A DNA stretch of 64,000 bases, taken from positions 620,001-684,000 of the forward strand of contig ML996688.1 of NCBI GenBank assembly GCA_010356995.1, read 5' to 3'. The DNA comes from Trichodelitschia bisporula. Its lineage: Eukaryota. Below the pieces are notes generated by a model. That model saw only the letters and a list, made by a program, of their open reading frames with translations, had not been told where the DNA came from and searched no databases. A program made the position numbers and the translations under genes. Position 1 is the first letter of the stretch. Each line of letters opens with the position of its first letter. Below, piece after piece: positions 48,251 to 58,386 of the stretch.

Positions 48251-50524
48251 CTATATCTTCTCGAAAAGACTGAGGGTAATGGGGCCGAAAGCCTCTGACT
48301 GCTTCGCCTTGAGCTTGTGGCGCATCGCCAGCGTAAGTACATGCATGAGCGACTGCGCAGCAACGACGCGAGAGTTGTCTTTGGGCGGAAGCAACTCCTC
48401 GAATTCGATGCTCACAGGCTGACCCTGGTCACCGTCATCCGCAGCAGCAGCAGCAGCCTTGTTCTCGAGCGTCGTCTCCACGAAATTGAGAAACTCCCTC
48501 GCCTGGTCGTCAAGCCTCGCCATCTGCCACGCGTACTGGTCCGCCGTCTGTGTATCCACCATCGCTGCCGGACCGTACAGCTCGAAGTCGTCATCGGCAA
48601 TTGACCCCGGGCCACCGAAATCGAATCCGGCGACGCTTGAGCTGCGCCCGCCGGACGGCAGGATGTCAAGTCCGCTAGGTCGGCTATGGCCCATCAAAGG
48701 GGAGACCTCGGGAAGGCGGCTGCCGGCGCGGCTCCCACGGCCACCCGAGATAACGCGCGATGTGCTACCAACAGGGGCACGTGCAACTGAGGAGCCTCGC
48801 GCCGAGACACTCCAGGGGAGAGCGGAAGACACGTCCCCAAGGCCACCGGACTCAGCTTCACGTGGCAACTCAGGCTCATCATCATACCTCAGCGGACCAT
48901 CGTCGATCATGGCGTCGTCACCACGGCCCACTTGGTCTTCTTCGGTACGGGCGCGGACACGACGGTCCTCCTCGGCGGCTGGGTTATCCTTGTGAGCACG
49001 CTTCTGGCCAGTAATCTCGACGGTGTCACCAGTGACCAGAGCGTACAAGGACTCGCCGCTGAATTGAGCAAGAAGGGGATGAGCCTTGGGCAGACCAATC
49101 CCGCTCCCGATGTTGTTGATACCGACGCCGAGAGTCCAGTATTCCGCATTGATCTTGGCCTGCCTACCGGCCTTCATGGCGACCATGCGCTTACGGTTCT
49201 CCGCCATACGGTCCAGGTAGTCTTCATTCCACTTAATCAGGTCTCTGTTACGCAGCTCCACCGTAGTGTCCAGCTGGATGAGTTTAGGAGTGCGCGGCTT
49301 GCGACGAACTTCGGCAACAGCCTCCGCGTACTCCGATCCGGGGGAAGATGGAACCATTCCTTCCTCTTCACCGGGAGGGTGGTACACCTCGGAGGGCCGA
49401 AGCGGACTGGTATCGGCCAAGTTAAAGCCGTCCTCAACCGGCGCGTCAATGTCCATCTGGTCGCCTTGCTGGAGCCCGAATTAGTAAAAGATCCTTTCAG
49501 TGGCTGGCTGTTACGCACCATAAGATTTGCGCCAAGCTGACGACCCTCTTCATGCTCCCGGCGAACGCGGGAGCTCGCGTCACTAGGGAGCTGAGGTCCG
49601 CGCGGCGCGCGAGGGGTAACGTGAGGGCTCTGTCCCTGAGGATACTCGCGAATGTTGCCTTCATCATCAAACTCAAAGTCAATATCAGGCAGGCGATAGT
49701 TGTCTTCTCCACCCAAAGTGTCGCTATGGTGGTGGACGACACTCGCGGCGCGGCTATGAGAGCCCGCATAGCTGAAGGCGCCCATGTCGCCAATGCTCGG
49801 CGACGAAGCCAGGCCAAGTCTAGAGCCCGGAGTTGGAGAGGACCAGGTGTGGATGGACCCGGTGCCTGACATGACTCTATTGGCGAGCATTGGAGTATCA
49901 AGGTTCGTGAGCTCATCATCAAGCGGGTCCAGTAGCAGGTCCGGGAGGAAGCTGGGATCATCTTCAAGCAGCAGCTGGGGTGGTCTAGGTTGTCACTCGG
50001 TTAGTCTATGCCACAACCCTCTTTGCAGTTACGCACCGAGCCTTTTTAGGAGTCTCATCGATGTCATGCGTCTGTAGAGTGCTGAGCGAGATTCGGATTT
50101 GGTTCTGCGCAACTCGAGCATCGGAGAGGACGTAGTCGCATTGCTGCGCGTGCACACGCGCCACACCGTAGCTGAGATGATCAGCGCCGGACAGGTTGCG
50201 GAAGACGAGGATCCTACAGAAGATTGCTCTGAAGACGCAGCGCCATGGGCGCCTCAGGCTTTGAGATGGTTTCGCATGCCTTAGGTACATCCACTTCAAG
50301 GATAGCCTTGCGGGTCACTTTCTTGAGCGTCGACTTTTGACCGAGGGTGGCGACGAGCCTTGGGGACGTCAGTACATTCTCTTCGTAAACATCCTACTGG
50401 ACGTGCAACTGGTGCCACTTGCCAGATGGTCGCGACGCCATACTTGCGCGAGGTCAAAACTGGACATAATTAGACGTTTGATACTCCAGTTGACATACTA
50501 CTAACCCTCGTGGCTGTAAAACAT
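48251..50524 (-). CDS. REC8: Meiotic cohesin kleisin Rec8 (6 exons)
   Basis: Spliced N-terminus MFYSHEVLTSRKYGVATIWLVATLG...DVPKACETI..PEAPMALRLQSNLLYGVARVH; C-terminal winged helix 'FEELLPP..NSRVVAAQSLMHVLTLA....LKAKQSEAFGPI'; ExxR separase-type sites (ELPR, EEGR). The pattern fits Rec8 better than Rad21. Confidence 0.9.
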
Positions 50525-50587
50525 CGTGATCGGGCCGCAGCTGCAATGGGCTGTGGTGGAACACAATGGCGGACAATCAGGGATGTG

Positions 50588-50640
50588 GAAGAATGGGAAG
50601 AATGGGGGAAGAATGGGGGAAGAATGGGGGAAGAATGGGG
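50588..50640 (+). repeat. GAAGAATG(n) short tandem repeat just upstream of REC8
   Basis: Five copies of GAAGAAT followed by G runs of 3-5. Confidence 0.8.
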
Positions 50641-51053
50641 CAAACAGAGGTGAGAAAGATAAAGTCATAGGTCCCAGGAGGGTGTTGTGCGGACACGGCG
50701 TCTAGGATTGGTGCCTGAAGAGGTGCCTCACGATGGCATGAAAGTGTATCTGAGCAGCGTACCTGACCCCCTTGGCGACCACATGCGCAAGTATCTTCTC
50801 AAAATTGCCAATACAAGAGACAAGTCAAAATTGCAGGTGAATGATCAGTAACATTCATGTGTTCGCTGGCCCCTGGTGAGCTTTATCAAATATCGCCGCC
50901 GAGCATGCACAGACTTCCACAACCGACAACACCTACGCTAATTCATTACTTCATGCGTCTACCCACTCATGGGCCATGCTTCAGGTTGGGTCAAAAATCC
51001 TACTGTCAGCACCCAGGGAATGCTCGCATGAATGATCAATGTGCTTTTATCCT

Positions 51054-52948
51054 CTACGCCTTTTCGGACTCATCCAGGACGGGAAGAGGTACTGCGCGGT
51101 AGAGAAGGATGAGAGCAGAATGGCTCTGGCCTGCGGTTTCATCAGCATAAGTAATCTTAACGAAATCAGAGTTTGCGTACCGCCGCCAGCAAGAGACTCA
51201 ATACGATCGTAGTCGACCTCCGTGACCTTGTCGTCGTTGAACCACCACCACTTGCCATCCTCCTCCTTCAGCTTGCCGGTCTTGGGGTCCTTGCGACCTT
51301 GCTTCTTGATAAAGGCAGTGTAGTGACCGCTGTCGGCGCTGATACCCTGGTGAGCGACGACGCCACGCAGCTCATAGAGACCAGTCTGGTTGGCTCCCAC
51401 GTCCGCGCTCAGCTCGGGGTTCACAAGGCTGAGAACCTCCTTCTTGCCGGCAGTGACAGCGGCGGCACGCTCAGCCTCGGCTTCAGCATCCGTCTTGTAC
51501 ACAATATCGGGCATTTCGGTATCTCCACCAGCCGTAGTACTCCTCTCGCCCCCCTGCCTCTCTGCCGCGAGACTCGCTTGCGAGGTCGGTCCTTTGGCCT
51601 TGGTGACTCGCGCCGTGTCATTTTCCTCCCCATCACGGATGCGCTTCTGGCGCTTCCGAGCACGCTCAACATCTTGCTCTTCCTTCCGCACATCTCTGAT
51701 TTTATCGCGAACCGGGATAAGCATCTTTTTCAGGTCATCGGTACAGAACTCGACCGCGTCAAGCTCGGACGGAAAGGTAACTTTCCTCATGATCTTCGCC
51801 TTTTTGTTGGTCGTACGGCGCCAGTCGAAACGCATGAAGTGCACGGGGAGATATTTCGGGAGGCGCGAGATCTTGGAAGTCTTCGTGTAAAGAGCGTCAC
51901 GATCCAAAGTCTCAGAACGCTTCTCGATCTGCTCCTTTAGTCCAGCGGCAAGGCCATCGCGCAGGTGGTTCGTTTCGCCACCGATGTGGCAGTTCAGCTT
52001 GAAGAAAGTGTCTTGACCAGTGACAGGCTTTTCTCCGCGTTCTTTGGCGACCGGATCGTCACATTCCATGACTGTATCGAATTTGCCGGCCATGTACTTG
52101 CTCACGAAGGACTCGGTACTGGATGATCCGCCCTCCTCGCCCTGAAGCTTCAACTTCTGGTGAAGTTGTGAGACGATCTGAGACCAGGCTTCCTCGGCAT
52201 CCTGTTGAGCGTATCCCTGCCCCTCTCTCGACCGCTGAGCGAACTGCGGAAAGGCGCTCCGGAGCGCTTGTAGAAAAAACATAGGAGGAAATCCTTCCTG
52301 GGTCTCTGCCATTCGCTTGAATAGATCACGTAGGCTGGAAGTAAGATCGGAGGAGCCCCCCGAGAGTAGGCTACTGGGGCCTTGACCGAAGGTGAAGGTC
52401 GGAGCGCTGGTGGCGGTACTTTCAGACAGTTAGCATGCGCAACAGCGTGTAAACACGTCCCAACTGCCCACCTTCCATTGTATTTCGCAAGTTCCTCTTG
52501 TAGCTCGGGTATCGAACGCAAGGCCTGGAGTGTAGCGTTCATGTAGCATGTATTCCCCAGGTTCTGAAGCCCGGCCGGGATGGCTCCCTCAGTCTGCGCA
52601 ACCTCTGCCTCTGTCATGTCCTCCAGGAACCGTATAGCCTCCTTCGGCTTCTCCAAGGCCGGCCCCCCCGCAGGCGTACCCATCATCATGAAGGTCTGAC
52701 CAGGCTTCGCCTTCAGTGTCGAGAGATCGGTGTCATCCTTCAGCTGCCCGCCTTTGACCAGAATCTTCTGCCTGTCGGGTTCCACGCCGGTGAGGGAATA
52801 GAGCTGGTACTTGAATGTTTCACCGGTGGAGGTCGGGTCGAGCTCGACTTCATAGCGCTTGCCTTGGTGCTTGACGATGACTGAACCATGCGTTAGCTGG
52901 TAAATAAATGCATTCCATGCACCTGTAAGTACCTGGTATCGCCGCCAT
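51054..52948 (-). CDS. UBP6: Proteasome-associated deubiquitinase Ubp6/USP14 (4 exons)
   Basis: N-terminal UBL 'LYSLTGVEPDRQKILVKGG'; Cys box 'GLQNLGNTCYMN', 'QQDAEE'; His box 'HQGISADSGHY'; 'WWWFNDDKV'. Confidence 0.97.
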
Positions 52949-53050
52949 TTTGATTCTACACCGTGCAAAGCTATGGGAACCTTGGGGAAATGCTTGCAGG
53001 TGGAGGGGCGAATGTTTCGGAGGCAACTAGAACTACTTTGTAAATGTGGG

Positions 53051-53102
53051 GGAGCTTGCTCATGGGTCATTGATTTCTAAACTGGGGGTTGCCTTCGGAG
53101 CT
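53051..53102. promoter_or_regulatory. Two GGAGCT motifs in the UBP6/ARPC4 divergent promoter
   Basis: GGAGCT at 53051-53056 and 53097-53102. From memory, this hexamer is enriched upstream of proteasome genes in filamentous ascomycetes. Confidence 0.35.
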
Positions 53103-53244
53103 TGGGTTTTTCCTTGTGAAGGTCGTCGCCATCATCACGTGCGGGGTATGGGTGTGGCAGTCGAACCTCACCGGTATTCCCCTCATAAACAGTCTGGTAA
53201 CCAAATAACCAGTACGTCGGTCTGCGTGCTTGAGAACGTGCGCC

Positions 53245-53962
53245 ATGGTAACTAGTACACCTGATATGCTGTAGAACCACCGTTCTAACCCTCACAGTCG
53301 CAATCACTGAGACCATACCTGCAATGTGTCCGATCATCGCTCACCGCAGCGCTGTCGTTATCAGACTTCGCCTCACAGGCGTCCGAACGGCACAATGTTC
53401 CAGAAATTGAGGCTGCCAGCTCGCCGGAAGTTTTGTTGAACCCTCTTACGATCGCCCGCAACGAAAACGAGAAGGTTTTCATCGAGCCCAGCATCAACAG
53501 CGTGAGAATCAGCATCAAGATTAAGCAAGCCGACGAGATTGAGCATATCCTTGTTCACAAGTTCACCCGCTTTCTGACCCAACGTGCGGAGTCATTTTTC
53601 ATTCTCCGGAGAAAGCCTATCAAGGTAGCATTCAGCCAATGTGGTTTGAAGCCTTGCTAATATTGCCCTCAGGGCTACGACATCTCTTTCCTGATTACGA
53701 ACTTCCACACCGAGCAGATGCTGAAGCACAAGCTTGTGGACTTTATCATTCAGTTCATGGAAGAAGTCGACAAGGAGATCTCAGAAATGAAGCTATTTGT
53801 ACGCTCACATTTTCCAGGCCTAACGCCATCCTGTCCCGTCGAATCTCGATGCTGACCCCTTAATAGCTGAACGCTCGGGCTAGATTCGTTGCCGAGTCGT
53901 TTCTCACCCCAGTAAGTTAAGTGCGATGGTGAGATTCTGGCTAATCATTACAGTTTGACTGA
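53245..53962 (+). CDS. ARC19: Arp2/3 complex 20-kDa subunit ARPC4 (5 exons; first coding exon is only the ATG)
   Basis: [19 protein letters not shown]...ERHNVPEIE...[21 protein letters not shown]...[47 protein letters not shown]. Confidence 0.98.
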
Positions 53963-54334
53963 GTTTGGGCCTCCTATTCTCGTTTCCGGCGCAATCCGAT
54001 GTGAACGTCTCCATCTCGTGTGCAGATCAAAAGTCGAAAAGTCAAAAAATTCTCGGCTAACTGTCGAGTCGAGCGTCAATGCCGCCAGTACCGTTCGCAG
54101 CAGCGAATCTCAAATGGTTACTTATACCCAAGGGGTGTCATCAGCAATGAATCCATTATAAGAAAGTGCTTGAACCCACTAATGTGAATGTTTTGACAAC
54201 CCAAGTACCAGTGTGGCCCGTCCCTTAGCACATCTTTCAAGTCCCTGGCATATTAAGTTGCGTCCTATATAGGGGTCAAAGCTCGGTGACCGTTCAGACG
54301 TTCTAGAATGGTATGCTCTCATTGCCCCTAAAAC

Positions 54335-54459
54335 TGGGACGAATCATCATAAGCCTGATGCGTCGTTCAGCATCATCAGTTTATACCGCATTCGACATGG
54401 GACAAACCATCATAAGACTTATGAGTCGCTCAGCATCATCAGTTTATATCGCATTCGAC
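54335..54459 (+). repeat. 63-bp imperfect tandem duplication (2 copies)
   Basis: TGGGACGAATCATCATAAG...GCATTCGAC repeated with a period of 63 bp and several substitutions. Confidence 0.85.
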
Positions 54460-54848
54460 CTGCGGCGGTATCCCCTTTCCGATGCTAAGGCTCAGGAGGT
54501 TGTGTCACTTCTCGATATGGGACAACTTCCTCTTGTCTCGGACGTACATGAGATGCTATATATCAGCATACGCAACCTAAAGTACATCAGCCAGTGTATT
54601 CTGCCGCACGCCAACCTCGGGCAACCTTCTCGCAAACTGCTTCCAAGCAACGCAGTGGACAGTCGTGGAATTTACTAATCTGGCCATCCCCTTCAGCGAT
54701 CCTCTGTCAAACATCACTCTCACAACCCACCCTTCGTCTCCATACCGCAACATCATCCATTGAAATTGGGCTAGTAATCGCCACCATCACCACTACAGCA
54801 CGCTTCGCGTCTTTTTCCCTTTTCTCAAGAACTTTCAAATTCACAACA

Positions 54849-57800
54849 ATGGCGGCACTTGCTCAACCTGTCATCACCATCACGTCGCCTACGGGCAGGA
54901 CGAACTCTGTGAGTCAAACAAACCCTATGGCCTTCTTACTTGCCATGATTCCCTGGCGTGGATCATTGGGCGCAGTACATTTTACCATAGGCCTACCACT
55001 TCGCATATGAACTCGTTGCTGATCTCGTTGCATTAGGAATCCCCGGATACTGTTGTCGCGGAGTATGCGGAGGGTAAGTTATCATCAGCTTAGTTGCACT
55101 AAACTTCCACCAATGGTGACTTCCCTTAACCTTATACCATAGGCTCTATCTCTCTCGCTATACCACACACTTATGTCCCATTGGTGTTCGCTGACAGTAA
55201 ATGCAATCGGTCTCATGATGCTCAGCAGCTGGCTAACCTGCCAATAGGCCTCTTTGCAGATTCCGCACCCAGCACGCAATCGCGCCCTGGGTCGACCGAT
55301 CCGAGTTTCCGTTCGGAGAGCCCATCGCTTGAGCCGGAGTGGGGCAGCTGGTCGCCGCAGTTGAGCATCCGCTCCCAAATCCATGATGGTGAAGATATGG
55401 AATCGGAGCCGGGTTGGGAGCCCGAGGTGAAGGCGAGCAGCCACCGTGGCCTGGTTGAGGAATATTGCGACGCATCGGCGAAGCCTGAAGAGCAGATGGG
55501 AGTGGCGATCCCGCCCGTCAAGCTTGAGCAAGCCAACCGTGGTGTGGGTGTTGTGAAGCTCACTCATGTATCTCCCCTTTGTCCGTTGTTACACTGCATT
55601 CGCTGATGGTGCTAGATTGGCTGGGACGTGTGCAAGGCCCAGATCATCGACATGCTCGGCGCTACGGCGACCGGTGTCCTACAGTGGCCGGAGGGCTCGG
55701 GGATCTTCAAGATCCACATAATCCAAGACCGCACCGATGGCAAGACTCATGGTGCATACATAGAGCTCAAGGACCTGAAGGCCGCACTCCTCGTGGTGAA
55801 GCGTTTTGAGAACCGCTTTCTTGCCGAGAAGCGGGCGGCCGCGAAGTCAAAGAATGGATGGCTTCAGGTACCGGAAATGGCTGCTCCAAAGCCTCCCATC
55901 TCGCCCAAAGCGAGCATAGCCTCCGTCTCGGACATGATGAAGGATCTGTTTCCTCGGGCCAAGTGCGAGTGGGTCAACGGATATCCTGTGCGCTCAATCG
56001 ACTTCCTTTCGAATAATCCGGGCAATTGGGAAGGCTTCATCACTAAGGAGGAAATGTACAAGGTACAGACCATGTCAGAGAACCCGCTCAGCTTTAGCGC
56101 TCGCCATGCGCAGAAATGCCCCGAACGCCTTTACAACATGGCCATTAGCTCGCTTCAGCGCATGCCTTGGTCGGCCGACCGTGATTTCTTCCCGAGGCCT
56201 TGGTTGCATGCTCTCGATCGCTTGCTGTCCCGCGTTGCCGTTGCGCTGGTCAAGGCTGTTTACTCCGCAGACATGGAGCTGTCGCTTCTTCACAGCTTGA
56301 TGACGACGCTAATGGCCTCGGAGCTCTACATAGTCAACCGGCAGAGCTTCTCCAAGTATCTGAGGATTGTGTACGCCGTCATGAAGTTCCTGCGGCCGCG
56401 CCGCAAGCTCATCCAGTGGGAGCCCTGGATGTGCATCAAGCCGATGTCTTCGGTGGATCTCAAGGTCTGGCTCACAAAAATGCCGAAATACTACCCCTTC
56501 GAAGAAGGGCTCTTCCCTCGTTACTTCCCAGTGGTCTCGGCGACTCAGCAGGGTACGCTCCCGTCGCCTCTGGAAATTGCCCTAGGACAGCAGGGTGCCG
56601 TACAGTATCCGTTCTCGGAGCAACAGACCTCGCAGTTGGCAACTCCCATATCGCCGCAGGTTCCGTTTCTCGCACCCGTCGGCATGCTGCGGAACGAATT
56701 CGTGGATCCGATTAGCCGCGAGTCGGCTGTGTTTCCGTTTCAGCTGAACGCGGTTCATGAGCAAGCGTACGACTTGCACGGCAATCCCATCCAGGAGAAT
56801 GTGCCGGGTATCTCCGTGCCCGACTTGCCAGCAGACATGAATCTCGCGCCTTGCTGTATTCACGGTCCCTGCCCCGCGCACACCACATCTCATGAACCTG
56901 GCCGCGTGAGCCCGCCCCCTTTCACTGAGATGCAGCCTCGGATGCTGTCCCCCGTCCCAGAGGAGCAGGACGCGGCGTCCTTCTATTCTCCGCAGGTTTC
57001 ACATGCATCATCGGCCGAGTATGCTCCACAGGACTCGAACATGCCAACTCCGCAGATTGCCAGCGCGAATGTCGATCAGGATCCGAACATGGGCGCCCCT
57101 CAGTTTCAAAGACACTTCCTCTCTCAGGGATTCGATCCACGCCAGTTTTCCCGCTACTACATTCCCGCCGATAATCCATTCACTCAGATGGTTGCGAATC
57201 AAGCTGTCAATCAGTTCGCTCAGCAAGTGGCCAACCATGTGGTCAACCTGTATGCTCAGCAGGTCGCCAATCAGGGTGGACCTCCCGTCAACCACGCCGC
57301 GGCATTTGCGGCCCAGACGTACGCGCTGGGCTATAATGCTGCCTTGCAGAGCGTTGGCCAGGTGAACGGGAACAGTGCTTGGATGGGCCTTGATGTGAAC
57401 AATGCTGGGATGAACTTCGCTCCAGGGTCCTCTGTGGCTTCGGGCTTCCAGACCCCTGACTTTTCTCCATATCCCGGCTCCGGCGCGACGACTCCTGGGC
57501 TTGGTCCGGACTCCGGCGTCGGTGTTCTGACTCCTAGCTTTGTCCCTGCTCCCGGGCTTGGTGTCCCGGCTTCTGGCTTTGCCCCAGCTCCAATTTCCGG
57601 CGTCCCGAATCCCGGCTTTGCTTCGGGTCCCATCTCTGGCATCCCAAATCCTGGCCTTCCTTCCGCTCCCAGCTCCAGCATCCCGTATCCTGGTTTTGCT
57701 CGGGCCACCGGGCTCGGCGTCTCGGGTGCTGGGTTCAACCTCGGAGCTCCAGGCTTCACCTCCACTGTCCAGGGCCAGTCCAATCAGGATGCTGAGCAGC

Positions 57801-57979
57801 GCAATGGTAATGGTGCTGAGCAAAGTGGTATGCAATCCTCCGAGCCGTCTAGTGAGGGGAGGTCCCAGCAGTACAGCCAGACTGCCCCACAGCACAGCGG
57901 TCAGGGTCGGAAGCGCGCCAAGCGTGGTCGTCGTAACACCTCTGATGGGGTGATTTCACGCGACCTGACGGGCATCTAG
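54849..57979 (+). CDS. Divergent RRM-containing protein, SAD-7-like, with a long low-complexity C-terminus (5 exons)
   Basis: ACAACA-ATG start and four GT-AG introns. RRM-like 'GVVKLTHIGWDVCKAQIIDMLG...IHIIQDRTDGKTHGAYIEL', then 'MKDLFPRAK..W', 'GFITKEE', 'CPERLY...ISSL..MPW'; C-terminal basic NLS-like 'RKRAKRGRR'. Confidence 0.75.
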
Positions 57980-58386
57980 TCGAGCGTTCTTAGCAGATCA
58001 ATTAGTGGTTGTACGCTAGTGTGGTGACGGTGGTGCACGTAGCCAACTCTCTGAACTTCATAACAGATAGGCCAGAGTGGCTAGAATAAATAAAAGAATT
58101 TCCCCTGAACAGACATGACAGAGATCAATTGACTTGTGTCTATAGTGATCGTGAACGGTGATGAGCGTGAGCGATGAACGTGAGTGGTGTATAGTCTACT
58201 TTTGTACCAAAACGTATGAAGTTGAAAAAGCCAGAGAAACACACAAACCGCCACTAGATGCCAAAACCCGCCCCCAACCCCATGCCAAACCCCATGCCAA
58301 ACCGCTAACAATCATCAAAAGCCCCCCTACAGACCCCCTACAGACCCATCCAACCGCCAACAAGCAATAGAAAGCCCTCGAAGCCT

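Noticed and set aside
51173..51940. Long antisense ORFs over UBP6 (similar ones over ACAD, SEN1, the SAD-7-like and DnaJ-C genes)
   Set aside because: Expected shadows of GC-rich codon usage on the opposite strand.
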